A stretch of 64,000 bases of DNA from an uncultured Ruminiclostridium sp. (GTDB taxonomy: Bacteria; Bacillota; Clostridia; Oscillospirales; Ruminococcaceae). The DNA is taken from NCBI GenBank assembly GCA_949878745.1, contig CATLBH010000007.1, positions 276 through 64,275 on the forward strand, given 5' to 3'. The notes beneath the pieces were generated by a model. The model was not told the DNA's origin, searched no databases, and saw nothing but the letters and a program-made list of their open reading frames with translations. Both the position numbers and the translations under genes were made by a program. Of this stretch, positions 1 through 10,244 are shown piece after piece (the first letter of the stretch is position 1; each line of letters begins with the position of its first letter).

Positions 1-99
1 TCAATAAAGTTAAGTTTCGGTTTAAATGTTTTTATAAATGAAAATTCGGGTCACACCTTTTCAAAAGATGTAACCCGAAAACATTCTGTTAACCGAAAA

Positions 100-1167
100 T
101 CACCTCATACCCAGATACTGTTCAAACTCTCTCCTGTCCTGACATCTGGTTTTGGCCACCTCTTCCGTGACTTTTCCCCCTCTTACCAGCGAAGCGAGGT
201 GCTGATCGAGGGTAAACATTCCGTCCGCCTTTCCCGTCGCTATGGTGTTGGGAATCTGGAATATCTTCCCCTCGCGTATCAGCGCCGACACCGCGTCGGT
301 GCACTTAAGCAGCTCGAGAGCCGCCACTCTTCCTTTTTTATCGGAGGTAGGCACAAGGGTTTGGGAAACAATACCCACCAGCACGTTGCTGAGCTGTGAT
401 CTGATCTGTCCTTGGGAATGGGCGGGGTATACGTCCACAATACGATCCAGCGTTTCCGCCGCTCCGGTGGTGTGCAGGGTCGACAGAACCAAGTGACCCG
501 TTTCGGCGGCGGTTACCGCGGCGTTGATTGTTTCAAAGTCGCGCATTTCTCCCACCAGAATAACGTCCGGGTCCTCGCGGAGGGAGGAGCGCAAAGCCTT
601 TGAAAAGCTCTCCACGTCCACGTTTACCTCGCGCTGTGTAATCATGGACTGTTTATGATTGTGCACGTATTCTATAGGGTCCTCGATAGTGATTATATGA
701 CAGTTTCTCTGACGGTTGATATAATCTATCATCGCCGCCAGCGTGGTGGATTTTCCCGAACCGGTAGGCCCCGTTACCAGAACCATCCCCCTCGGTCTCA
801 GGGCGAATTCTCCCAGAAGCGCGGGAAGTCCCAGATCCTTCAAGGTGGGTATCTCGTTAAGGAGAAGGCGCATTGCCACCGCGTGATAGCCCCGCTGGCG
901 GTAAACGTTGACTCTGTGCCTTTGTCCCGCCGTGGAAACAAAGGAAAAGTCCGCGTCCAGCCCCTGCTGAATGATCTGCTTATGCTTTACCGTGGTGATC
1001 TGGTTGATTACGCTCACTATAAGCGGCTCGGTCATATCGGGGTACTTGGCGAATTTTTTTATATCGCCGTTTATTCGCACTATAGGGGGAAGTCCCACCG
1101 TGAAATGTACGTCCGACGCCTTTATCGCTCTCGCCTCGTCAAGAATTTCGTTGATATCCAGTGCCAT
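100..1167 (-). CDS. pilT: Type IV pilus retraction ATPase PilT
   Basis: Walker A GPTGSGKSTT, TIEDPIE, LREDPDVILVGEMRD, LSTLHT; N-terminal ASDVHF..GLPP typical of PilT; pilus context. Confidence 0.95.
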   Translation of the reverse strand: MALDINEILDEARAIKASDVHFTVGLPPIVRINGDIKKFAKYPDMTEPLIVSVINQITTVKHKQIIQQGLDADFSFVSTAGQRHRVNVYRQRGYHAVAMRLLLNEIPTLKDLGLPALLGEFALRPRGMVLVTGPTGSGKSTTLAAMIDYINRQRNCHIITIEDPIEYVHNHKQSMITQREVNVDVESFSKALRSSLREDPDVILVGEMRDFETINAAVTAAETGHLVLSTLHTTGAAETLDRIVDVYPAHSQGQIRSQLSNVLVGIVSQTLVPTSDKKGRVAALELLKCTDAVSALIREGKIFQIPNTIATGKADGMFTLDQHLASLVRGGKVTEEVAKTRCQDRREFEQYLGMR

Positions 1168-1211
1168 TGTCTTGGTTTCCTTTCCAGTTTTTTAACTTAT
1201 CGGAACACTTT

Positions 1212-1946
1212 TTAAGCTATAAAATTTTTTATTTTTTCGAAGTACATTGCCTGCTCCATTTCAAAAAAATCAATAAGGGGCACAAGCTCTTTTTCCGTCT
1301 GTGCCTTGTGGAGAGCGGAATAGTAAAGAGCCTTATCGTTATCGGTTATTATAACGGGCATTATGTCGCTGTCGAGACACTGTTTTAATATTATCGCCCT
1401 GCCCGTTCTGCCGTTTCCGTCCTGAAACGGGTGGATATGCTCGTATTCGGCGTGGAATTCGGCAATGTCGGCCAGCTGTTTTTCTCCCGAATTATATTTT
1501 AAAATAAGCGCTTCCATTCGGGCGGGGATATTTTTGGGCAGCTCGGTTTCGATATCCGATACCTGATTCGCCCGATTTTTATATTCCCCCACGGGATAAC
1601 CGTTGGCGTAATCCTCAAAAACTCCGATTTTAAGCTGATAATGGAATCGCTTTATCATATCGGAATCCAACGGCTTATCAAGCGATTTCAGAACCTCGTT
1701 GAACATTTTAAAATGTCCCGTCATTTCCTCTATATCCTTCGCCCTGTACACGGCGCGCTCATTTTCGGCGAAAACCGTGCCGGTGTCGAAAAGCATTGCC
1801 GTCTGCTCGCTTGTAAGCGTGCTCCCCTCTATTTTGTTGGAGTTATAGGCCATCAGCTTTTGGGTGAGGGAATATACCCCTTTTCTGTCGCCGGAGGAAA
1901 ACTCCCGCAAAAGGGCGGATTTCAGAGTACGAGTAAGATTTTTCAT
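1212..1946 (-). CDS. Fic family protein (AMPylase-like) with N-terminal inhibitory helix
   Basis: Fic motif HPFQDGNGRTGR; N-terminal SNKIEG matches the (S/T)xxxE(G/N) inhibitory motif. Confidence 0.92.
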   Translation of the reverse strand: MKNLTRTLKSALLREFSSGDRKGVYSLTQKLMAYNSNKIEGSTLTSEQTAMLFDTGTVFAENERAVYRAKDIEEMTGHFKMFNEVLKSLDKPLDSDMIKRFHYQLKIGVFEDYANGYPVGEYKNRANQVSDIETELPKNIPARMEALILKYNSGEKQLADIAEFHAEYEHIHPFQDGNGRTGRAIILKQCLDSDIMPVIITDNDKALYYSALHKAQTEKELVPLIDFFEMEQAMYFEKIKNFIA

Positions 1947-1972
1947 ATATATTTTTCTTTCGCTTTAAAATA

Positions 1973-3694
1973 TTATACGGAATATGTCGCCTTAACCAGC
2001 TCGTCAAGGGAAGTTTCCCCGTTCAGCACCATATCCGTCACATTCTCCCTCAAAAGCTTGGTGCCGTGTTTTCTTGCGAGGTTGGCTATCTGTTCCTGAT
2101 TGGCGTTTTTGGAGATAAGCTCCTTAAGGTCGTTGCCCGCCACTATTATTTCGTGAATGGCAGTACGTCCGTGATAGCCCGTGCCTCCGCACTCGCGGCA
2201 TCCGCCTAATCTGGGCGTATAAATAACCGTCCTTTCGGTTTTTCCCACAAGTCTTAAATCCGCGGGATCATTAAGAATAAGCCTTTCCTTACAGTGGGGG
2301 CAAAGAAGCTTTACCAGTCTCTGAGCCACTACTCCTATCAGAGAGGAAGCCACCATATAAGGCGCGACGCCCATATCCACAAGGCGCATTATTGTACCCG
2401 CCGCGTCGTTGGTATGTAGGGTGGAAAGCACCAGGTGTCCCGTAATGGCGGCGCGGATCGCTATATCGGCGGTTTCGCCGTCGCGTATCTCACCTAACAT
2501 TATAACGTCGGGGTCTTGTCGGAGAATAGAGCGAAGGGCGGCGGCAAAGGTCATGCCCGCCTTTTCGTTTATCTGCACCTGATTTATGCCGTCCATTTTC
2601 TTTTCCACGGGATCCTCTACCGTAACAATGTTGACCGTGGGCTTTGACAGCTCGCCCAATGCGGCGTAAAGGGTGGTGGACTTACCGGAACCGGTAGGCC
2701 CCGTTACCAGCATAACGCCGTGAGGGCACCGGATAATGCTCTTAAACATTTCATAGTTATAATCGGTCATACCCAAGTCGGTAATTTTTCTCGCCTTTTC
2801 GTCGGCGGTGGACAAAAGACGGATAACCACCTTTTCGCCGTAAACGGTGGGAATCGAGCTTACGCGAAGGTCAAGATTGACTCCGTCCACATTGACTCCG
2901 TAGCGGCCGTCAAGGGGGACTCTCTTTTCGGCTATGTTCATGCCCGCCAGAATTTTGATACGGGTAACCAAGGCATTATGCACGTTGGGCTTGACCGACA
3001 TCTGTTCCACCAGATCGCCGTCAAGTCTGAAGCGTATCCTTGTTTTGGCCTTAAAGGGCTCTATATGGATATCCGAGGCGTTTTTTCGGAAAGCGTTTTC
3101 CACAAGGGTGTTCACCAGCTTTACAACGGGGGCGTTGTCTATACGCTCGTCCGAGTTTTCAAGCTCCGCCTGCATAAGCGCTTCGTTGGCGTCATACTCC
3201 TTGTTGATATCGTTCATCATGTCGTTTACGGTATTTTGTGAGTAAGCGCGGTCTATCGCGTCCACAATGGCGGACTTTGTGGCCAGCATAGGGTAAATTT
3301 CCATTCCCGAGGTGATTTTAAGCTCCTCGAAAATATAAAAGTTAACGGGATCGTTGGTGGCAACGTAAAGTCTTCCGCCCTGCATCTTATAACCGATAAC
3401 GGTATTTTTTCTCGCAACGGCTTCGGGTATTTTCTTTACCGCGTCTCTATCTATTTTTGAGGTAACCAGATCAATATAAGGCACCTTAAGCCTTGCGGAC
3501 AGCGCGTGAACCACCTGTGTTTCGCTGACGTATCCGAGCTTCAAAAGGATTTCGCCTATTTTTTCCCCGACAAAATCCGTTTTTTGCTTTACAAGCGCGT
3601 CGTTCAACTGCACATCGGTAATATAGCCCGATTCAACAAGCAGTTGTCCTATGGGTACACTTTTCATGGTATTTAGATTTCCTTTCGCATTCAA
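1973..3694 (-). CDS. pilB: Type IV pilus assembly ATPase PilB (GspE/PulE family)
   Basis: N-terminal MshEN-like IGQLLVESGYIT..QL..AL; ASDIHIEP, GPTGSGKSTT, LRQDPDVIMLGEIRD, CPHC...CREC zinc motif. Confidence 0.95.
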   Translation of the reverse strand: MNAKGNLNTMKSVPIGQLLVESGYITDVQLNDALVKQKTDFVGEKIGEILLKLGYVSETQVVHALSARLKVPYIDLVTSKIDRDAVKKIPEAVARKNTVIGYKMQGGRLYVATNDPVNFYIFEELKITSGMEIYPMLATKSAIVDAIDRAYSQNTVNDMMNDINKEYDANEALMQAELENSDERIDNAPVVKLVNTLVENAFRKNASDIHIEPFKAKTRIRFRLDGDLVEQMSVKPNVHNALVTRIKILAGMNIAEKRVPLDGRYGVNVDGVNLDLRVSSIPTVYGEKVVIRLLSTADEKARKITDLGMTDYNYEMFKSIIRCPHGVMLVTGPTGSGKSTTLYAALGELSKPTVNIVTVEDPVEKKMDGINQVQINEKAGMTFAAALRSILRQDPDVIMLGEIRDGETADIAIRAAITGHLVLSTLHTNDAAGTIMRLVDMGVAPYMVASSLIGVVAQRLVKLLCPHCKERLILNDPADLRLVGKTERTVIYTPRLGGCRECGGTGYHGRTAIHEIIVAGNDLKELISKNANQEQIANLARKHGTKLLRENVTDMVLNGETSLDELVKATYSV

Positions 3695-3716
3695 TTATTA
3701 TGAAATATCCGATAAG

Positions 3717-3995
3717 CTACATTCCAAAGAGCTCGCTGTGTTTGCCCGTTCTGCTCAAATGAAGTATCAGCCTGTTTTTTTGTATCTCATAAACCAAAAG
3801 CCAATCGGGGGTTATATGACATTCTCTGCTGCCCTTATAGCTGCCCTGTAAAGCGTGGTCGCGGTACTTTGGGGGAAGCTTTTCTTCGTTGGCCAGCATT
3901 ATAATAACCTCATCGAGAAGCTCCGTATTGTATCCTCGTTTGGCGGCTCTTTTATAATCCCTTCGGAACATATTGCTGTATTCAACGGTCAGCAT
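3717..3995 (-). CDS. yafQ: Type II toxin, YafQ (RelE superfamily)
   Basis: 92 aa; DHALQG..KGSRECHITPDWLLVY..TGKHSELF; overlaps upstream antitoxin. Confidence 0.88.
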   Translation of the reverse strand: MLTVEYSNMFRRDYKRAAKRGYNTELLDEVIIMLANEEKLPPKYRDHALQGSYKGSRECHITPDWLLVYEIQKNRLILHLSRTGKHSELFGM

Positions 3996-4260
3996 GCAAA
4001 TCCTCCAAAAGCTCCTGTACGTTATTATAAGGCTTGCTTACGCCGATTCCCTTTCTTGCGTCCTCGATGGCCTTTATCGTTTCGTCGTTGGGAATGTTTT
4101 CCTTAATGGGAAAAGGCATTTGCTGCTGTCTGACCGCCTGCTTCAAAAATATTCTTACGGCGGTACTTAAGGACATTCCGAATTCCTCGAAAAGCTCTGT
4201 CGCTTCTTCCTTAAGCTCCTTATCTATTTTCATTGAAAAATTTGTCATTGTACTGCTCAT
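3982..4260 (-). CDS. dinJ: Type II antitoxin, RelB/DinJ family
   Basis: 92 aa; KIDKELKEEATELFEEFGMSLSTAVRIFLKQAVRQQQMPF..PNDETIKAIED; directly upstream of YafQ. Confidence 0.88.
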   Translation of the reverse strand: MSSTMTNFSMKIDKELKEEATELFEEFGMSLSTAVRIFLKQAVRQQQMPFPIKENIPNDETIKAIEDARKGIGVSKPYNNVQELLEDLHADR

Positions 4261-4368
4261 ATTATCCTCCTTTTTTATTATTATTGCATTTTCGTATTGC
4301 CTTTTTCGAAAAAAAATGATAAAATAGTAATATAATTTTATAAAAATCCATCAAAGGCGGTTTAAGCT

Positions 4369-5115
4369 ATGGAAAACTTTTTAAACGCTGCTGCGGCAAT
4401 TTTGTTTTTTATTTTGGGGAGCATTATCGGGAGCTTTCTCAACGTTCTTGTCTATCGCCTGCCCAAAAAGGAATCCATCGTTAAAGGGCGGTCGCACTGT
4501 ACTCACTGCGGCAGGCAGATACGCAACATCGACCTTATCCCCATAATAAGCTATCTTATGCTGGGGGGAAAGTGCCGTTTCTGTAAGAAGCCGATTTCGC
4601 CGCGGTATATGATAGTGGAGCTTCTCACCGCCTGTTCTTATCTGACGGCGTATCTGGCGCTGGGGTATTCGGCGGAGCTTATTTACGCGGTGATATTGTT
4701 TCCCGTGTTGATTATACTCAGTCTCTGGGATTTAAACCATAAGGAGATACCTTATACTTGCAGTATAATAATAGCTGTTTTAGGCATAATTTCAATATTC
4801 ACTCTACCTATCCCTTGGTACGAGCATCTTATAGGAGCGGTTATAGTGTCCCTCCCCTTTGGGGTACTGTGTTTTCTGGGAGCAATGGGGGGCGGCGACG
4901 TTCAGCTGATGGCGGCGGCGGGTCTGCTGTTAGGCTGGAGTATCGTTCCGTCGGCGCTTATCGGTATTATTTTGGGAGCAATTTTCGGGCTGATGGTGAA
5001 AGCGGTCACCAAAAGCAGCGTTATTGTGTTCGGACCGTTTTTGTCGGTGGGGATATTTGTGGGGTTCCTTTGGGGGGAGGGGATTATTAACGCTTATTTG
5101 GGGCTTATAAGGTGA
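4369..5115 (+). CDS. pilD: Prepilin peptidase
   Basis: GSFLNV.VYRLP, RSHCTHC and CRFC zinc motifs, MGGGDVQL aspartate motif, multiple TM segments. Confidence 0.93.
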   Translation: MENFLNAAAAILFFILGSIIGSFLNVLVYRLPKKESIVKGRSHCTHCGRQIRNIDLIPIISYLMLGGKCRFCKKPISPRYMIVELLTACSYLTAYLALGYSAELIYAVILFPVLIILSLWDLNHKEIPYTCSIIIAVLGIISIFTLPIPWYEHLIGAVIVSLPFGVLCFLGAMGGGDVQLMAAAGLLLGWSIVPSALIGIILGAIFGLMVKAVTKSSVIVFGPFLSVGIFVGFLWGEGIINAYLGLIR

Positions 5116-5136
5116 CGGGGTTGGTATAAACAGCTT

Positions 5137-5162
5137 AACGGAGGTTTGCGCCTCCGTTTTTT
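5137..5162 (+). terminator. Rho-independent terminator after pilD
   Basis: AACGGAGG-tttgcg-CCTCCGTT followed by a T run. Confidence 0.75.
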
Positions 5163-5199
5163 GATGTTTTAATATTTGCTTTTATAACAAATATATATT

Positions 5200-6108
5200 T
5201 TATGGATTGAGAAGTTCATCAAAATCAGTTTCTACATAAAGTATTATAACACCGTTTACTGTTCCTTTTGCAGTGTTTAAAGAAAAAGTCCCATCTCCGT
5301 TGTCAGTAAGATTTACATTTTTCGATCTGTTTAGTTCGGCGTTTCCGTTTAAAAGCTTAAATGTCAATTTTTTCTCTTGGTTTACAGGCTCAAATGTCAT
5401 ATTGGCGTAATCATCTTTTGATCCTACTCTTTTAATTATCTGACTTGTTAAAGTAATATATTTTATCCCCGTTACTCCGCTTTCTGCATCAAGACTTCCA
5501 TCAACCGTAATTCCCAAAAGATAACTATTGTTCACTTCACCGGAGGAACCATTGCTGTAAAATTCATCACGAAACACAAGAAAATTGTTAAAATCAGGCC
5601 AATGTAGTCCGCTTATAATATTCCCTCCATCTCGGTTTTGAACAAGCGTTACAACATTGTTGTTGGCAGTTTCCAATCCCCAATTATCCTGATTTACTTT
5701 TTGAATATCCGTAATATCCCCAAAATCATAAAGTCTGTAATCGCCTGGAACGTCTATTAAAGCTCCTATCATTTTTATTTTATCACCGGTTTGCAAATTA
5801 TTTGCATATTCATCGTATTTAGCTCCAAGCTCATTAAATTCATTCCACGCACCACCATCACCATCATCGTGATATGCGAAGATACTTATTTTTTTCGCTT
5901 TTTGAAGCGTTCCCCTTATATATTCGTTTGCGGTATTGCACATAGCATCCATATGCGCGTTTCCTTTTACGGAATTAAGCAGATTATTCACCGGTGCAAG
6001 CATTCCAGTAGCGCAAAGGAGCAGAACCGACGCGACTATCAGTACGACCAATATTTCAACAAGCGTCAAGCCTTTTTTGCTTAAAATACGTTTATAAAAT
6101 ATTTTCAT
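5200..6108 (-). CDS. Prepilin-type minor pilin
   Basis: Class III signal peptide KKG|LTLVEILVV with Glu at +5. Confidence 0.85.
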   Translation of the reverse strand: MKIFYKRILSKKGLTLVEILVVLIVASVLLLCATGMLAPVNNLLNSVKGNAHMDAMCNTANEYIRGTLQKAKKISIFAYHDDGDGGAWNEFNELGAKYDEYANNLQTGDKIKMIGALIDVPGDYRLYDFGDITDIQKVNQDNWGLETANNNVVTLVQNRDGGNIISGLHWPDFNNFLVFRDEFYSNGSSGEVNNSYLLGITVDGSLDAESGVTGIKYITLTSQIIKRVGSKDDYANMTFEPVNQEKKLTFKLLNGNAELNRSKNVNLTDNGDGTFSLNTAKGTVNGVIILYVETDFDELLNP

Positions 6109-6125
6109 ATATACGCTCCTTGCAC

Positions 6126-6902
6126 TTACAGGTTGACGGTAATGGTGTTGCCTGTTCCCGCTCCGTTATTGAAATATTTGTCAAGACTTCCGTAGGCGGC
6201 ATAATCATCGTTGGAAATACTAAAAGTTATAGCCGCGTTAACGGACGCATCACCTGATTCGATTCTAACGGTGTTTGCGTCTATCATAAGCATCTTTCCT
6301 ACGCTGGAACCGCCGAAAAACACATCGTGCCAGCCTGCGGGGAGTACAATTTTAACGGATATCTCTTTCGCACCAGGTTTGGCCGAGTTGTAATCAACTG
6401 TCCAAGTCACCTTTTTTTCACCTGTGCCCGCCGTAACGGATTCGTTTAAGGTAATATTAGCTTTTTCCGCGCCGTATATTTTACCCATACCCGAACCGGG
6501 GGGAGGAGTTGAGGTGCCGCCGCCTTTTTTTATATTATCAAATTTTTCATAGCTTGAAAAATCATACCGAATGGCTCCGATAGAAGCGCCGGAGGAGGAT
6601 TCGTAGCGCTTTTTCGCCGTCACGCTGTCGGTGCCGTCGGCGGGTATCGCTTCGGTGTATACTCCCGCCCCGTCGGGACAGCTGAAAATTATTTCCGAAG
6701 TATAGGCGGCGGTATCCGCGCCGGTTCCCACTATCTTATCCACCTGACGGTCAATATCCTTTTCTATCTTTTGGTTTGCGTTTCTCGAGTTGATTGTAAT
6801 GGTAAGAATGGTCATTAAAAGGAGGGACATTATTGCCAGTACCGCCATGGCCACCACACATTCCACAAGAGTAAAGCCGACCTTGCTTTTTAATTTCTTC
6901 AC
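6126..6902 (-). CDS. Prepilin-type minor pilin
   Basis: Class III signal peptide KVG|FTLVECVVAMAVL with Glu at +5. Confidence 0.87.
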   Translation of the reverse strand: MKKLKSKVGFTLVECVVAMAVLAIMSLLLMTILTITINSRNANQKIEKDIDRQVDKIVGTGADTAAYTSEIIFSCPDGAGVYTEAIPADGTDSVTAKKRYESSSGASIGAIRYDFSSYEKFDNIKKGGGTSTPPPGSGMGKIYGAEKANITLNESVTAGTGEKKVTWTVDYNSAKPGAKEISVKIVLPAGWHDVFFGGSSVGKMLMIDANTVRIESGDASVNAAITFSISNDDYAAYGSLDKYFNNGAGTGNTITVNL

Positions 6903-6917
6903 CGCTTTTTCCTCCTT

Positions 6918-9218
6918 TTATTTATAGCCCAAGGTGCCGAAGCTTTGAAGAGTGCTTCCTGCGGAGCTTCCCCCGTCCACGCCGTTGCTGTTGGCGAAGT
7001 TGATAAGGCGTTTTACTATGTCTGTTTTCTTATAATTGGTTTCTCCGGCGCCTTTGTAATTATCCGCGTAATCATAGGGAGTGGTGAAGGCAAGCATTGC
7101 GGAGGGGTTTTTATAGGTATAGGTTCCCACAATCAGCCCGCCGAAAAACTGAAGTCCCGAATAACCGCCGTTACACAGCAATTCGGAGCAGGGGGCGTAA
7201 ATATACCCGCTGAATCCGCTGGCAATGTTAAAATCAACGTAATTGTTCGTAAAGGTGGAGGTTAATTTATTGCTTGCGTCTCTTGTCTTTCCCGTTGTTA
7301 CCAGAAAAATATTATTATGCGCGTTAGCGCCAATCGTGCCCTGTTTCATTATAGCGGAGTTTAATCCGCCAACGGATACGGTTTCGAGAGCGGGAGTTAT
7401 TTTTGCGGACATGGCGGCGTTATCATAGGAAAAAACCGCTTTTTGTTTTTTTGCCAGATCGTCAACCGATGTTACGGCGGCGTCATCGTACAGATATAAG
7501 GCAAATTCCTCGTGTCCTATAAACTGCTGAGTGTTCATTTTAAAATTAGTGTCCGAGGGCAGGATAAAAATAACGGAATGTGTTCCTCTTATAATTATAT
7601 TTGTGCCGTTGAAACCGTCGTCAAAAAACTTAAAAAGCTTCTTGCCGTTACTGTCGACCATACCGTTACTGTCGAGATAGATATACAAATCCGAGTCTGT
7701 GGCGTCAAATATAACGGTATTGCCGTAAGCGCCTATCCATTTTCCTCCCGAAGGCGGATTTTTTATCGGGGTGATTTTGCAGCTTTTCTTAATGGTAAGT
7801 AAAGTGGCGGTATGATATTTACTGTATTGTTCAACTTTAATGTTATCGTCATTGTAAAAGCCGTAATCTCCGGCCGCATTCCAATTTGTTATAAGACTCG
7901 GGGCGTTCTGCAGGTCAATAACGGGCGCCGTGGCCGAAAGCTTTTTGGTATAATATCCTTCCGCGTCCCAATCCTCATACTTATTGACCTTTGTTCTTGT
8001 GATAATATATTGTGAAACCTCGCTCCAGTCCGAAACGGGAGCGCCGGCCGCTGCGGAAGCGGCAAAAGCAGCGGAAATCTGTGCGGAAACCGTGGAATCC
8101 TTTACGGGAAACGTAAGTGTACTGTCCGAAATGTTTCCGCCGTATTTAAGAGACGCGGCGGAAAAGTGTATTCCGTAGCCGATATTAACGTCCCCGCTTA
8201 CGACAAACGTACCCAATACGCTGTTAACGGAGCCGCCGATATAAAGATTTTGCCCCACATAGAAGGAATCTATCGGCCCGGTGTTGGTGTTTATATAACA
8301 GTTACCCGCCACGAAAAAATTTGTTTTATTAGATGTTCCGATAGTAGCGTCAAGAGTAAGGTCGCCCAAAACATAAACGTTTTTTGAAATAAAGTTTTTG
8401 TCGCAGCCGCTTTTCAGCGCCATATTACCGCGAACATAGATGTTATCTACGTCAACCGTGGAACCGCTTCCGCCGCCTCCGCCAGAAAGAATATAATAAT
8501 TCTCGCCTATAACTATTTCGTTAGGCCCCGTTTTGGCGCCGTAGCCTATTCCGTTGTCAATAAACGTACCGGTGGCGTAAATCGAATTGCGTATATTTGT
8601 GGCTCCGCCGCCGAAATCGGTGTAGTCGTTTTCGAAATAAGCGTCGCTGAATAACATACCGCACTGGAACACGACGTCCTCCGGTCTGTTTCCCGTGCTT
8701 GTCAAAAATCTTGTAAAATAATCGGAGGGGCCGGTAACGATTTCTTTTACCTCCGTTACCGTTACCGTTTCGCCGTTGTAGTCGGATTTGGTGGTGATTT
8801 CAAAAATATGGGAGGTGTTTTCCGGGTTGGACGGAGACGGTATCTGCTTGGTTTTGGTTATGGTAACATTCGCTTCTCCCATATTGTAGTCGGTGAAATC
8901 GATACTGCTGGTAATGTCGGAGGTTCCGCCAACACTCAGCTTCATCATTTTTCCTATAAGCGTATCGGAATAAGCGCTCAGCTCATTCCCGCTTTTCGAT
9001 ATTGCTTCAAGATACCCGTCAATATACTTCGAAACCGTATCACTCACCGACACCGCCGTCTGATAGCTCTGCTCACTGCTGTACCTCACATTAACAGAGC
9101 TTCTCTGATTATTCACTATATAGAAAGTAGCCGACGCCGCAATAATCAGTATCGACATTACAACCACAACAAGGAAAAGTACACTTCCTTTTTTATTCAG
9201 CAGTCTTTTCATCATCAT
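6918..9218 (-). CDS. Large PilX/PilK-like pilin with long C-terminal domain (candidate tip adhesin)
   Basis: KKG|SVLFLVVVV without Glu+5, SxEQSYQTA.S; Gly/Val/Asn-rich solenoid-like middle region. Confidence 0.7.
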   Translation of the reverse strand: MMMKRLLNKKGSVLFLVVVVMSILIIAASATFYIVNNQRSSVNVRYSSEQSYQTAVSVSDTVSKYIDGYLEAISKSGNELSAYSDTLIGKMMKLSVGGTSDITSSIDFTDYNMGEANVTITKTKQIPSPSNPENTSHIFEITTKSDYNGETVTVTEVKEIVTGPSDYFTRFLTSTGNRPEDVVFQCGMLFSDAYFENDYTDFGGGATNIRNSIYATGTFIDNGIGYGAKTGPNEIVIGENYYILSGGGGGSGSTVDVDNIYVRGNMALKSGCDKNFISKNVYVLGDLTLDATIGTSNKTNFFVAGNCYINTNTGPIDSFYVGQNLYIGGSVNSVLGTFVVSGDVNIGYGIHFSAASLKYGGNISDSTLTFPVKDSTVSAQISAAFAASAAAGAPVSDWSEVSQYIITRTKVNKYEDWDAEGYYTKKLSATAPVIDLQNAPSLITNWNAAGDYGFYNDDNIKVEQYSKYHTATLLTIKKSCKITPIKNPPSGGKWIGAYGNTVIFDATDSDLYIYLDSNGMVDSNGKKLFKFFDDGFNGTNIIIRGTHSVIFILPSDTNFKMNTQQFIGHEEFALYLYDDAAVTSVDDLAKKQKAVFSYDNAAMSAKITPALETVSVGGLNSAIMKQGTIGANAHNNIFLVTTGKTRDASNKLTSTFTNNYVDFNIASGFSGYIYAPCSELLCNGGYSGLQFFGGLIVGTYTYKNPSAMLAFTTPYDYADNYKGAGETNYKKTDIVKRLINFANSNGVDGGSSAGSTLQSFGTLGYK

Positions 9219-9296
9219 GCCGTCCTTTCACCGCCCTTCCGGCGGGTTTGCCGCATACGCGGTTCTCTCTTTATTTTCCGTTTTCTCTTGTAGGTA

Positions 9297-10244
9297 TTAA
9301 GCCGCCGGGGCTTCGGTCTGCTCGGCCTGTTCCGTCTGCTCCTGTCCCTCTTCCGCGCTTTCCTCGGCTTGAAGCGCCTTTACACAGTAAAGGGTCATGC
9401 TTATGCTGTAGGTGGATTCGTCCGTATCCTTTACCCTCGTATCGTCGGGGTTGGGCGCGGTTACGGCGGGCTGGGCAAGCACCGGGGTTCCGTTTTCGTC
9501 CATAACGGGGGGAAGGGCGGAATTCTCCTGCTCGGTGACAGCCGGGGCCTTGGTGTAGTTTATCTCGGCGCTGTGAATGTAGGTGGCGCGTTCAAGCTTG
9601 TGAACGTAGTCCAAAAAATCAAGATACTGCTTTCTGGTGCAGGTCACGTCAAAATCGGCGGTTATGGAGCCTACGGTCTGATTTTCACCGGATAGCTTAA
9701 GCCGCATAAGGTCTTTGAGAAGCTTTACGGAAAGCTCCTCGTAAACCTTCAAGAAAGCTTCGTCTTCGATAATGTTCCCCTCTTCGTCATAGTTAAGCTC
9801 GTATTGGCTCCAATCCACGCCGTAGCTTTCCCGGTACCCCGAGTATTCTTTAAGAGGATAAGTTACGAAGGTCTCGACAAAAGTGCTCAAAGATAAAGTG
9901 GAGGTGGTAAACTCGCCGATTGTCAGAGAGTCGGTGTTTATACCGCCGTTTTTCAGTATCTCTCTGAACATTGAGTCCGCCTGATAGGTGGTCATATCGT
10001 CATAGAAATAGTCGGTATAATCCTTTGCGGCGTTAAGAGCGTCTTTAAGCTCCTGATCTATGGTGGATTCTCTGGTTAAGGTGTTGTAAAGCTGATCGCG
10101 GCGGACTTTCGCGTCTTCGAGACTCGCCTTGTTGCCGCTTATTTTCTGGTATTCGGGGACAACCAGCATAAATGCTCCCACAGCCAAAATAACTATGGCT
10201 AAAAATACCGCTAGGATTACCTTTTCCTTATTGCTTAATTTCAT
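9297..10244 (-). CDS. PilO-like type IV pilus alignment protein
   Basis: MKLSNKEKVIL + N-terminal TM + coiled coil; position downstream of pilM/N. Confidence 0.6.
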   Translation of the reverse strand: MKLSNKEKVILAVFLAIVILAVGAFMLVVPEYQKISGNKASLEDAKVRRDQLYNTLTRESTIDQELKDALNAAKDYTDYFYDDMTTYQADSMFREILKNGGINTDSLTIGEFTTSTLSLSTFVETFVTYPLKEYSGYRESYGVDWSQYELNYDEEGNIIEDEAFLKVYEELSVKLLKDLMRLKLSGENQTVGSITADFDVTCTRKQYLDFLDYVHKLERATYIHSAEINYTKAPAVTEQENSALPPVMDENGTPVLAQPAVTAPNPDDTRVKDTDESTYSISMTLYCVKALQAEESAEEGQEQTEQAEQTEAPAA

